From Octopus bimaculoides (taxonomy: Eukaryota): a DNA stretch of 64,000 nucleotides. Under the pieces are notes generated by a model. That model was not told the DNA's origin. It did not search any database and saw nothing but the letters and a program-made list of their open reading frames with translations. Below, piece by piece: positions 51,746 through 63,095 of this stretch (positions within the stretch are counted from its first letter, which is position 1; every line of letters starts with the position of its first letter). Location of the stretch: positions 1,714,070 to 1,778,069 of the forward strand of contig NC_068982.1 in the NCBI RefSeq assembly GCF_001194135.2, in the 5' to 3' direction. The translations under genes were made by a program, and so were the position numbers.

Positions 51746-52049
51746 TTTCCTTTACCCCTCTTTCTATAGACTACCTTTGACGTTATATCGTCTAACGTTT
51801 TTTGTTTTTAAAAAAACTTAATAGCATTTCGTTCATCATTATACACATCCATCACATTCCTTTAAAATTTCTTATTGATGAGTTTGGTTTATTTCTTTCT
51901 TTCCCTGAAGAGAACATGACATTGTTTTATACCATTTTATTCCTTTGGAATAATACCAATGTTGTCTTCGAAACATGTGTCGGAAGTAAAAGAATTTGAA
52001 TAACACCTGCATTTAACTCCATTTATTTATTTATATATTTTATACAAAA

Positions 52050-53035
52050 TATTTCACATCAACCCGGAGTTTCTACCTTTAAAAACAGGGTGTTACGCCC
52101 TTTTTACTTCTGTGATTTTTTGCTGCCCTGGTAACTGTTTATCTATTTTCCCGAGTTAATTGTAAACAAGGGAAAAATACACACATCCATTTATATTTGT
52201 CCACATGTGGCTAAATATTTTTTACATTTGTGTTCCCCCCGAGATTAAAGATAGGACTTTCTTTCTATATTGTGTCCACGTACAAGCTTTTTATCTCTCT
52301 ATACGTTTTACTTATATTTCTAATACATTTTTTATATTTTTTTTACATATTTATAGAGATATTATTTTATAGGTTTATTGTTCGTAAATGGTTTACACAT
52401 ATTTTTTCTGTATTCTACATTCCACCCTGCATTTTCCTGTGCGTATATAGACGGGTATATGGAACCTTTTCTGTGCGTGTGGTGTGTTCGGGTATGTGCG
52501 TATATAGACGTGTTTTACCCTTATTGCTTTTTTACATTTTTCTGTATTTTGTCTTTAGCCCTGTTTTTTTCTAGTGCATGTGCGTATATAGACTTGTGTA
52601 TGAACCATTTTTGCGCCCGTGCGTGCGTGTGTGCGAGGGTGTTGTGCGCATATGTGTGTGTGCGAGCGTGTGTGCGGGTATGTATATATTTTTTGGCGAA
52701 TGTGTGGGTGAGCATGCGTGTGTTTCAAGTGAGGGTGGATGAGTATATACACATAGGCGCATGTACGTGAGTGTGCGGGCGAGCATCTATATCTATGGAC
52801 TTGTGCGCTTACGCGAATACCATGGACATTTTTACTCCCTCCCCTCACTTAACGGTCATCCTAATAGCTCTTTTGTCTTAATAACGGTCAATCACAGTAA
52901 TTTCCCTTTCTATTAACGGTCATTTTCATAGCATTTTTTTTCGATGGCCAGATAACTGAAGAGATGGCGGCATGGGTTTCCGCCCCGACATCCAAAACTC
53001 GGAGTTTTATCATGGCTGCCGAATAATTGTCACAT
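52050..53035. repeat. Unclassified modular low-complexity repeat
   Basis: gtgcgtatatagac x3, taacggtca x3 (52850-52925), similar motifs acatcaacccggagttt and acatccaaaactcggagttt near both ends. Confidence 0.35.
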
Positions 53036-53268
53036 ATTATTTACAGATATATATATATATATATATATATANNNNNNNNNNNNNNNNNNNNNNNNNNNNN
53101 NNNNNNNNNNNNNNNNNNNNNNNNNNNNNNNNNNNNNNNNNNNNNNNNNNNNNNNNNNNNNNNNNNNNNNNNNNNNNNNNNNNNNNNNNNNNNNNNNNNN
53201 NNNNNNNNNNNNNNNNNNNNNNNNNNNNNNNNNNNNNNNNNNNNNNNNNNNNNNNNNNNNNNNNNNNN

Positions 53269-53325
<57 letters not shown>

Positions 53326-54074
53326 TATATACTTATTAATCATGATATTAACATAAATATTTGTGTTTAATTGTTAGCCTACATGTATGGAATAATGAAT
53401 GTGCGAATGTGTGCCTGAATATATGCATACGTTATACATGTTTATGTCTGACAACTTGCCGATGTCTGCGTTTATTGAGTTTGATGTTTGGTATTAGCTT
53501 TCAAGTATGCATGTTACCACGTTAAATGCATGAAGCTATATATCCAATAAAGTATATAAGCGTGTGTGTGCCTGCATGTATACACGTGAGCGAGATAAGT
53601 AAGCGAAAAATTAATATGTACTTATAAGTTGATTAATGCTCATCACTCAACACGTGCTATATTTCCCACATGTATAACCACGCACGCACACACACGCACA
53701 TAAATATCTGTTGTGCGTGTGTGTGTGTGTGTACCTGCGTGCGTATGTATGTATATAAGCACCTAAGTACATACAAATATATATACATACACACAACTGT
53801 ATGTATGGGAACGTTTATTTCCTTTTAAACGTGTTATATATTTCATATACAACTCTGCCCCAATTTTATCGTCTTCGTTGTTGAAAATAAAATGACGCTT
53901 GGTATTTACGTTAGAGTCGAGCAATTTATTTCCTCTGATAAGAAAAGTGAAAGATATAAACGCAATTTCCCGGTTTCCATTTACATTGTTGCCTACAGAT
54001 TAAACCTCATTATCGTGATTATTGTAAGTCGTGAAAAGGAAATAATAAACATCATTATTAGCCAATCCTTGAAG

Positions 54075-54235
54075 CGCGCCGGGTGAAATGCTTAGTGGCA
54101 TTTCGTCCATCTTACCATCTGAGTTCAAATTCCGCCGAGGTCGACTTTGACTTTCATCCATCCGGGGTCGATTAAATAAGTACCAGTTACGCGCTGGTTT
54201 CGATATAATCGACTTGATCCTCTTCCCCTAAGGTG
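54075..54235 (+). mobile_element. SINE family A, 5'-clipped
   Basis: gcgccgggtgaaatgcttagtgg..ctgagttcaaattccgccgaggtcgactttg..ggggtcgattaaataagtaccag. Confidence 0.9.
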
Positions 54236-54566
54236 CCCCTGTGGAAAAAAATTTGAAATATTTATTAAGCAATCCTTCAGACGACCTACTAAAATATTAA
54301 CCAGTTCCCGCAAATACGCCACGATGTCTGACTGAATGAAATAGGCGTAATACAGAAGGACGAGAGTTATTTTATATGAGCGCAGCTAATTTTAAACAAC
54401 GACAACAAAACTGAGAAAATAACATGAGATTCAGTTCTTTATTGTTCCCGCAACATATTGTGGAATAGCAAGGAAACAGGAAACGTGCACAATGAAGAAA
54501 AAAGTGAAAGATCATTATTTCGGAGTCGTGTTTTTAATGCTATATACTAATGCATTTAGACATATA

Positions 54567-55813
54567 GAGGATGTCCCGCCAAAAATGTATACACACTTCA
54601 AATAATTGTAAAGTCGGTGTTTATTAAAAGACATTTCATTTTCAAAATTTAAAAGAATCTACATTCATTATTTTATTGTTTTGTCAATGCCTGTTTTCAA
54701 ACTGACGTCCATTCTGGTCCAGGCACTGCTGACAATGCAATGCAAGGGAATCGCAAACATCAGGAAACAATTCGTTAGGTATTTGTGTGCTTCTCGTTCA
54801 ATGGCTGCTCTCAAATTAGCGACTGTTGCAGATTACATAGCGTAGACTTTGTCTTTTAGGTATCCCCATAAAAAAGTCTAGTGGTGCGAGGTCTGGTGAA
54901 CGCGGAGGGTATTCAAAGAAACACCTTCGTCTAATCCACCTGTTTCGCAAGATCTCATCAAGGAAGGACCTAACATCACGATGGTAGTGTGGGGGTGCCC
55001 CATCTTGCTGAAAACAAAACTCCTCATCTTCAAAGTATTCTCTAATGATTGGCATGACAGACTGTTGCAGCAAGTTCAAATAAACTGGACCGGTCACAGT
55101 AGCGTAAAAAAAGAATGGTCCAATTAATCCTCTTGATAAGCCACACTACACTGTAACTCCTGATAAATTAACATGGGCTTCCACCATAACATGCGGATTC
55201 TCAGGTCCCCAGTGTGTGCAATTGTGGCGGCTAATTGAATCATTTAATTTGAATGTGGCCTCATCACTCCACACAACCTTTGTTGGAATCTGTGCATCTT
55301 CTATACTCGCAATACTGAACTCTTCGGTCTGGATCATCGTCATTAATAGCATGGACTAATCTTGGAATGCAACTTTTGCATTGACAACGCTTCAAAGCGC
55401 GTTGGATTGACGGTTTTGAAATGCCTGCCTCACGACTCGCTTGCTGCAGAGATTTTCTTGGACTTTGGTAATACGTTTCCAGTACTCTTTCGTGCTTTGT
55501 TGGGATTGTCGATGTTCGTGGTCTTCTGGAACGCTTCTCGTAGACATTCTGAACAGTTCCATCGGCTTCAAACTTGTCTCTAATTTGAGTGAAGGTAATC
55601 CGCGTTCGTGGATCTGTTTGAAACTTCCTCCTAAACTCCTTTTGCTCTTCAACTGCATTTTCACACTTCCAGTTGCACTTTAGAATGAATTTCCTTTGTT
55701 CAAACTTAGTCTGACTGACATCATTAATTCCAGTGGGTTTCATTCGGAAAGAAAAAACCATCAGTTGAGTTATCAGCTGCCGAAGTGTGTATACATTTTT
55801 TGGGGACACCCTG
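54567..55813 (-). mobile_element. Near full-length Tc1/mariner DD41D (rosa/Visitor-type) transposon, inactivated
   Basis: TIRs ~30 bp (cagggtgtccccaaaaaatgtatacacactt; left copy degenerate) flanked by TA. Transposase pieces: N-terminal [29 protein letters not shown] with 41 residues between the 2nd and 3rd catalytic D; two or more frameshifts/stops. Confidence 0.93.
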
Positions 55814-55871
55814 TATATACAAGAAACATACGCAGTATATAGAGACACAAATAACATATATTTATTAAATA

Positions 55872-56208
55872 CAGGCGCAGGCGTGGCTGTGTAGTAAGAA
55901 GCTTTCTTCTTAACCACATGATTCCGAGTTCAGTCCCACTGCGTGGCAGCTTGAGCAAGTGTCTTCTAATATAGCCTCAGGTCGACCAAAACCCTGTGAG
56001 TAGATTTCGAAGATGGAAACTGAAAGAAGTCCGTCATATATATACATGTATCTTAGCGGTTCGGCAAAAGGGACGGTTGAATAAGTCCTAGACTTAAAAA
56101 AATAAGTACTGGGGTTGAATTGTTCGACTAAAACCCTTCAAAGCGATGCTCCAGCATGGCCGCAGTCAAATGACTGAAGCAGTAAAAGAATAAAAGAACA
56201 AAAGAATA
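55872..56208 (+). mobile_element. Bipartite SINE family B with internal deletion
   Basis: ggcgcaggcgtggctgtgtagtaagaagc..cagtcccactgcgtggcagcttgagcaagtgtcttct..ccagcatggccgcagtcaaatgactgaa..(aaaagaat)n. Confidence 0.93.
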
Positions 56209-56219
56209 TATACGTATAT

Positions 56220-57400
56220 GGAGAGGAGTTCTTCAGATGCCTGTCCATGTTTTATTGTTTGTTTTTGTTGTGGAGGACACTCCCGAGCTAGAGTAGTGAA
56301 CTGTTCCACTACAAATAGATAGTGGACAGCCGCAAGCAGTCGGTGTCGTTCATCGGTGGTAGAGGGTAGGCCGCCCATATGCTATGAATGTGGAGAAAAA
56401 GGCCACATGAAGGTGAGGTGCCCCCAGAGAAAACAACAGATGGAGAAACAAGGGAGTGCAGACTAGAACGGATGAAGGATTTGCGGTAGTGAAAAAAAAA
56501 CAGAAAGAAAGAGTAGTGATAGAGTAAACTCTCCGCCAGAGGGACAGAAAATAGAAGAAGGAAGCAGTAGAAAAAGAGGTTATGAAGGAAATCAGACGGA
56601 AGGAAGATAGAATGGTGGTTGACAAGGAGGTGGAAAAACAACTTGAAAAGGAGCTCGAAAAGGAGTTGCAGAAGGAAGAGACAGCAGCAAAAACATGGAT
56701 TGTACCAGTAGAGGAGGAGGATTCAGGAGAACAATTATACGAGGGTGAAATGGAGAGATTATTCAAAGTGGAAAGAGAAAAGGTACCAGCAGTAGAACAA
56801 GAAAAGAGAAAGTAAGTAAGAAAGCTCCAAAAATATCGATTGGAATTTTGTGACAACTGCGAAAAACAAGGAAACAGAATGGAAAATCATGAAATTTAAG
56901 TCTATCATAAGGGTAAAACTGCCCACTGACGTGTATTTAGAGAATGTGAAGGCCATTGTGGTCGACAGGGAGAAATACAACAAGCAGAATAATGTGTGGA
57001 GGGGGGACATGATCCCCCAAGAGTAGAGGTGGAATTCGACGAATTGCCACCGGTAGTGGAACTGAAAGATCTCGAACCCTTCATGAAATACTAAAAAAAA
57101 AAAAAAAAATAAGTAAAATTGTTTAATGAAAAAAAAAAGAGAAAAACGATGATAAGAAAAAACACAAAGGAAATTGAACGATCGTAAAAAGTGTATTAAA
57201 CGATTCAAATGGTATTGCATGAGGAGTTGGGGCCCATGAAGATTCAAATGGTATTGCATGAGGAGTGGGGGCCATGCAGCCATTTCATTTTCATTATATA
57301 ACATCTTCATTCGTTTTATGTTTTTTGTTCCCACTGTAATGTCCTGTCGGTCCTTGTAGTGTCCCCTCTGTATTATGGACGTAGTACCAAATAAAGAAAA
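56220..57400 (+). mobile_element. 5'-truncated ORF1-only retroelement: CCHC knuckle, charged coiled region, conserved C-terminus, 3' UTR, AATAAA
   Basis: VVEGRPPICYECGEKGHMKVRCP (CX2CX4HX4C), E/K-rich segment, ..NVKAIVVDREKY..DELPPVVELKDLEPFMKY* (stop 57092-57094), A-run, UTR with 39-bp tandem duplication (57202-57279), AATAAA 57390-57395. Confidence 0.85.
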
Positions 57401-57413
57401 GGAGGTACGCCGT

Positions 57414-57566
57414 TCATTGCCAGTCACGCCGACGGTGAGGTACGTCGTTATAATACGAGACATAACAGTGTCGAGCAACACAGAACAGCGGCGACGAACA
57501 CGCGCAGGACACAACAGTTTCAATTATCAATAGCAACAATATTCCATTGATGGAGAAGGCCTTCAT
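57414..57566 (-). CDS. Small ORF with signal-peptide-like N-terminus (50 aa)
   Basis: MKAFSINGILLLLIIETVVSCACSSPLFCVARHCYVSYYNDVPHRRRDWQ*, in a locally CpG-rich patch. Confidence 0.2.
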   Translation of the reverse strand: MKAFSINGILLLLIIETVVSCACSSPLFCVARHCYVSYYNDVPHRRRDWQ

Positions 57567-57669
57567 AATTTCACTCTTGCTTTTTCGAACAGCAATGAAG
57601 TTGAAATCATAGCGTTCTTCCTTCATGTGTTTTGCTGTTAGTGTTGTTGTTGTTGCTGGTAGTCTGTCT

Positions 57670-57815
57670 TTATGTTCTGAGTTCATATTCCGCCGAGGTC
57701 GACTTTACCTTTCATCCTTTTGGGGTCGATAAATTAAGTACCAGTTGCGTATTGGAGTCGATCTAATCGACTGGCCCCTCCCCAAAATTTCGAGCCTTGT
57801 GCCTAGAGTAGAAAA
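57670..57815 (+). mobile_element. SINE family A, 5'-truncated, young
   Basis: ttctgagttcatattccgccgaggtcgac..gtaccagttgcgtattggagtcgatctaatcgactggcccc..ccttgtgcctagagtagaaaag. Confidence 0.93.
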
Positions 57816-58231
57816 GGTTATTGATGTTGCTGGTGTTGATTTTCTGACTGGTTTTGTTTCCGTTTCTTTTTTTTTTTTATCTATGATTCTAATTATGATC
57901 ATGCTTGTGATTTTCGTACAGTTTTTGTCGTATTCTTCTTGATGTTATTTTCTTTTTGCTGCTTTTGAGAATGCGATGCAGCTGTGAATATGCTGTGGCC
58001 TTGGAGAAGACCCTGCTTCTGTAACAATCGATTCGGTGTTTGTCGCAGCTGTTGCTGTTGTTGACTTTTACGTTTAAAGTTTGTCTTTCGTGTGTGATTT
58101 AGACAAAAAGATCTTAAATGGGTTTTAGCACTGCATATATGATATCTACACATTCTACCGCACAACACTAATAACATCTACATTCCGTTTTGAGGTACGA
58201 ACAGTCCAATTATTTGGTCGGTGCGTCCCGT

Positions 58232-58381
58232 CTAATTTTCATGGACATCTCCACACCAATAATATACGACGTGCTTCCCATGAGTAAGTTTTTTATACGA
58301 CCATGTTTCAGCATCTCCTTCATGGTATATTATGACAGTTATCAGCGCCCAGACCACTCCCAACCCATCTTCTCTAGTCAT
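58232..58381 (-). CDS. Small ORF with hydrophobic N-terminus (49 aa) directly after a strong acceptor
   Basis: gatttttctttcag|AA ATG: MTREDGLGVVWALITVIIYHEGDAETWSYKKLTHGKHVVYYWCGDVHEN*. Confidence 0.18.
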   Translation of the reverse strand: MTREDGLGVVWALITVIIYHEGDAETWSYKKLTHGKHVVYYWCGDVHEN

Positions 58382-58447
58382 TTCTGAAAGAAAAATCTAG
58401 TCAAAATTCCATATTTTTTAAGTGTGGATTTGTGCTGTTTTTACAGA

Positions 58448-58791
58448 AGTGGAAGAGACCCCCCTTCGGTCATGAATGACCATGGGATTGCGCCTAGAAG
58501 GTTCCCCTCCAAGGCACAAGTCCGGGCAAGGTTGTTTGTGGAAGGCCAGCAGTCGCCCATGCATACCAGCCACCCCTCCCCACACCACTGATGTTAACCA
58601 AGGGAAAGGCAAAAGACGATACAGTTTGGCACCAGTGGTGTCGCAACTCGTTTCTACAGCTGAGTTAACTGGTGCAACGTGAAATAAAGTGCCTGATTCA
58701 AGAACACAACACGCAGCCCGGTCCGGGAATCGAACTCACAACCTCACGATCCTAAGCTCGACGCTCTAACCACTGAGCCATGCGCCTTCAC
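58448..58791 (-). mobile_element. tRNA/CORE-type SINE family C, full length with 7-bp TSD
   Basis: Head ggcgcatggctcagtggttagagcg..gagttcgattcccgg; CORE-like gcactttatttcacgttgc; TSD ttacaga at 58441-58447 and 58792-58798. Confidence 0.93.
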
Positions 58792-60871
58792 TTACAGAGG
58801 TAATAGTCGCTTATTGTACTGAGTCACTTGCCATGGCGAGGCGAAGGTTTTGTGATTCTATACAGTTCTGAAGTCTTTTTGGCCTCTCTACATTTTAAGT
58901 TTAGTACTTGTCCAGGTTTGATGCTAATGATTCTGTTAGCATTATTTAATACCGCTGCCGGTATTAATAAAGATGCACGTCTGTTTCCTCTCCTTACAAG
59001 AGTTCTTGCCTTTCTAAAGTAGTTGTATTCTACATGCGTAATTGTACTACGTGTAATTACACACATGTGATGTCTTGTTCGTTAGCGTACAATTATTACA
59101 AGAGAGATTAATAATATTTGTTGGGTGGGGGAGACATTTGAATTGGAAATTAAGAAATAAGGAAACAGATACGTATATTTCTATTCATATTCATGTTTTT
59201 TTTGTTTTGTTTACTTTGCATAAATTATTTTTAATTTACAGTCGTAATCATGTGTAGCCCTATCACATTCTTTTTAAAAATCGTTTGCATGATATAATCT
59301 GAGCTACATTTATTAATCATTTCATAAAGTTGGACATTTCTTAAAATTAGAAAATAATGTGTAGCAGATGCTAGGACGTCTATTTCTTCATAAACGTTTG
59401 TAGTTTGGCAATTCCATGAGATGAGAAAGTTCTTAGTGTCCACATCTATGGTAACTCTTTTCAAGATATTATCATTTTGGGAAGGTGTCTTATATATATA
59501 TATATATNNNNNNNNNNNNNNNNNNNNNNNNNNNNNNNNNNNNNNNNNNNNNNNNNNNNNNNNNNNNNNNNNNNNNNNNNNNNNNNNNNNNNNNNNNNNN
59601 NNNNNNNNNNNNNNNNNNNNNNNNNNNNNNNNNNNNNNNNNNNNNNNNNNNNNNNNNNNNNNNNNNNNNNNNNNNNNNNNNNNNNNNNNNNNNNNNNNNN
59701 NNNNNNNNNNNNNNNNNNNNNNNNNNNNNNNNNNNNNNNNNNNNNNNNNNNNNNNNNNNNNNNNNNNNNNNNNNNNNNNNNNNNNNNNNNNNNNNNNNNN
59801 NNNNNNNNNNNNNNNNNNNNNNNNNNNNNNNNNNNNNNNNNNNNNNNNNNNNNNNNNNNNNNNNNNNNNNNNNNNNNNNNNNNNNNNATATATAGAACAT
59901 ACCAGAGAAATAGGACTTTGGTTTTTTTTAAATAATTTGTTATATTTATAGTCTATTATAATATGAATAAACTGTTAGATTGTCGATTGTATTTCTCTAA
60001 TTAATTTATTATATATTTGATGATGCATAATTTAAGCTTTAGAATTCTATCATCACTAACTCGTCATCTTTTTACTGCTATTATGAACGCTTATTCGCTG
60101 CAGGACGAGTCACGAGGAAGAAATATGTTTTGCCCAAATACTTGCATCGTTAGTGGCTCCGTCAATACTGTTATTCATCTGTTGCATAAAACTACTTCGA
60201 TATAATAAGACCAACTTGAAATTAACGTTTATAACCACACCTAGCGGAAGCACGAACTATCATGCTCACTGATTTAAGTCATTACTATGGTTTCTTGTGG
60301 CTCGAATATCAAAACAACTTACCAAATATAAACGAAGGATTTTCGTACTTCATTCAAAGTTATTTACCTGCAACTGTTAGGTTTTAACTCCTGGTTCTCT
60401 AATTGATAGAAAACCAAGAATAAGTTCCATTTGAAAATTATCAGAATTTTAATTATTTCGCTGAATACTAGAAATTCGGATTAACAAGAGTGTGGTTACT
60501 TTTAAGTAAAATACAATCATTCGATGATGAAAAAAGTTCAGTGTGTTATATTACAGATTTATGTCAGATGGAATAACACATCGGTTTTAAAACAAATCAT
60601 TTACTGTGAGCATTCCACGTTTCTGTTTAGCGTGTCTCTTACTCAGCATTAATAGAACTACACACAAGAACCATATTCTTCTCTTGAATTTAAGATTTTA
60701 CAATAAAAAATTGAAGAAGATAAAACAAAAGTGAATATAGTAGGAAGATTTCTAGAAAACGTATATATTACATTGCTGGACGTTTCTGTGAAAAGGCAAA
60801 CCAAATAAAAAAAAAAGTATTTAACATGTCAATTTGTATTTTAATGGGTTGTGAATTTTCTATTTATGCAG

Positions 60872-61201
60872 CTACACGAGCTTGGCAAGTTTACATTTAA
60901 CGTAGAAGCAATACGTGCAGCTATTTCAATCAAGTAATACTTGTTATTTTTCTTTACGTTCATTTTTTTTTTTTCTTTCTTGCTTTTTTTCTTTCCTGAA
61001 GTACCAGGCTCTAAAACATTTGAACTCTCTTGGCTTTCTCAACAAGTGGTTGATTGCTTGAAAGAGTCAAGAGGAAAACAAATTGAATATTTTCTAGGTG
61101 TTCCATTAACTATTGTGTTATCTAATTATATGAGAAGTCTGGTGTGCCAGGATTTTGAGACTAAATTCTTTCAGACCAAAGAAGATATTTTTATCAAGCA
61201 A
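60872..61201 (+). CDS. Two candidate exons (60872-60933 and 61002-61201)
   Basis: tttatgcag|LHELGKFTFNVEAIRAAISI..|gtaata; long polypyrimidine tract+cctgaag|xPGSKTFELSWLSQQVVDCLKESRGKQIEYFLGVPLT..IKQ|gtttga. The two are not phase-compatible with each other in these frames. Confidence 0.25.
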
Positions 61202-61319
61202 GTTTGATTTCACTAAACTTAAATGAAATAATTTACAGTCATGTTTAACTTCTGAATCGAATGGGTGAACCCTTACTACCGGTTTTTACAAACTAGTGTA
61301 ACAATTTTAAACCCGCAGA

Positions 61320-61450
61320 ATTCGTGCTTCAAACCTTAGGCAAGTGTCTTCTACAATAGCCTTGGGCTGTAGTAAGTATTCTGAGTGGATTGGAAGATGG
61401 AAACTGAAAACTGCCGTATGTATGTATGTATGTATGTATGTATGTGTGTG
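61320..61450 (+). mobile_element. SINE family B, 5' half fragment ending in (TATG)n
   Basis: ccttaggcaagtgtcttctacaatagcc..gatggaaactgaaa..ccgtatg. Confidence 0.75.
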
Positions 61451-61458
61451 TATGTATG

Positions 61459-61495
<37 letters not shown>

Positions 61496-61660
61496 ATATT
61501 AGGGACAAAATCCAAAATTACAGGTAAAAAACTCAATTAAAATCAATTTATAAAAAAATAATATTAAATTGAGCCTTATAGATAAAGTATATATAAAATA
61601 TATAGTTTTAGGGAAAATATCATCGATGAGTTCTTGAAAATTGGTTATTTTCCCTAAAAC

Positions 61661-61695
<35 letters not shown>

Positions 61696-61734
61696 TATTG
61701 TGTACCTGTTTATCTCCCAAATCACAAATTGGCA

Positions 61735-61990
61735 ATCGGTGTTGGAGTGTGGCTGAGCTCTCCACAGACACGTGTACCCTTAACATGGTTCTCAGAGAGA
61801 TTCACCATGACACAGGTTGTCACAAGGTTGGCCCTTTGAAATATAGTTACTATTCAATTTTGCCAGATGAGTGGACTGGAAACACGTGAAATAAAGTATC
61901 TTGCTGAAGGACACAACGCGTCGCCGGGAATTGAACTTACGACCTTACGATCGTGCGCCGAATGCCCTGACCACTAAGCCACGCGCTTTC
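61735..61990 (-). mobile_element. tRNA/CORE-type SINE family D (head like family C, different tail)
   Basis: Minus head gcgcgtggcttagtggtcagggcattcggcgcacgatcgtaaggtcgtaagttcaattcccgg; tcagcaagatactttatttcacg. Confidence 0.9.
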
Positions 61991-62275
61991 GTGTCTGTCC
62001 AGTAATCTACTGTCGCTACCACATCACTGTTTGATATTTTACCGGAAGACTGTGAATTATGCAGCTGAAAGGTACTGCAAAATATTTCGAGGATAAACTT
62101 CCTTTTTTGGGTGCTTCTGGTTGCAGCTGAAAACAACATCGCTTATTATAATAATTATTCAGCAATTTAATGCAGCAAATGATGTAAATAGCTTCATTCA
62201 TGATACTTTATATGTATGGAATATGTCCAGTCTTATAGTTATTGGCTCAGAGGCAATGTAGAGTATATTCATCTC

Positions 62276-62340
62276 AAGGTGACGAGCTAGCAGAAACGTT
62301 AGCACGCCGGGCGGAATGCTGACCGGTGTTTCGTCTCTGT
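62276..62340 (+). mobile_element. SINE family A head only
   Basis: aaggtgacgagctagcagaaacgttagcacgccgggcggaatgct..tttcgtct; the matching tail is at ~63088-63140. Confidence 0.85.
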
Positions 62341-63095
62341 GAGTTTATGTGTGAGTTTATCTTGAAGTATTTATCGAATTGTTGTTCGGTTTGAATTGTT
62401 GTTGGAACTGTTGCCGTTGTTAATTGTTGTTTTTTTTCCCTATTGTGGGAGGGTCGAGAGGATGCGGGAGGGGGAGACCCAAGTTATGCGGCCGTAACGG
62501 GCAGAGGAGTAGATGTGCAAGAGTTGGAGGTCCGTGAGACAAAGGCGAACCCTAGAAGGATGAAGGAGAGTGAAAAACTTATCACTAAGGAAGGTAATAT
62601 TCTGAAGCTAACGCCACCTGAAGAATTATCGGCAAATGTGTTAAAAAGAGCGGTAACATTTAAAACCATGAAGACAACCACAAGAAAAATAGAGATTGCG
62701 CCGATAGAAGCCATAGAGGAATGTATAAAGGAATTGATAAGATTTACAACATACGTTACGAGAGGGAGGAGATACGCCACTGTGGAAGTGCGTTTCACAA
62801 CAGAGGAGGAAGCAATAAAGCACTCCACAGAGGCGATAAGAATAGAGGAATGGGTGCTCTTGCTTTTGTACTGAGGCAAACGTGTGGCCAAAGTGCGAGT
62901 GGGTAGGGTGCCACCCGAATTAAAGGAAGAATGGCTGATGACAGTAATAATATATAATATGAAGGATGGGAGGTTTTGAAGGCTACCAGGACCTAGAAAG
63001 TAAACTACTGGGGATATGGTATTGAATTGACAATACAGGCAACTACGGAGGATTTGAACAGCGTGGGGGATGTGATTGTGTTCCCCGACCCCACC
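62341..63095 (+). mobile_element. 5' portion of an L1/Tx1-like ORF1 (5' UTR plus RRM-like region), pseudogenised
   Basis: GT-rich 5' UTR; PSYAAV motif; YVTRGRRYATVEVRFTTEEEA; after a stop GKRVAKVRVGRVPPELKEEWL..YWGYGIELTIQATTEDLNSVGDVIVFPD. Confidence 0.75.

Noticed and set aside
56309-57523. Minus-strand ORFs of 110-254 aa
   Set aside because: Antisense shadows of the purine-rich ORF1 element (S/F/L-rich).
58690-58791. tRNA genes (also at 61900-61990 and 31300-31380)
   Set aside because: A/B boxes are present but acceptor stems are not, and each runs into a SINE body.
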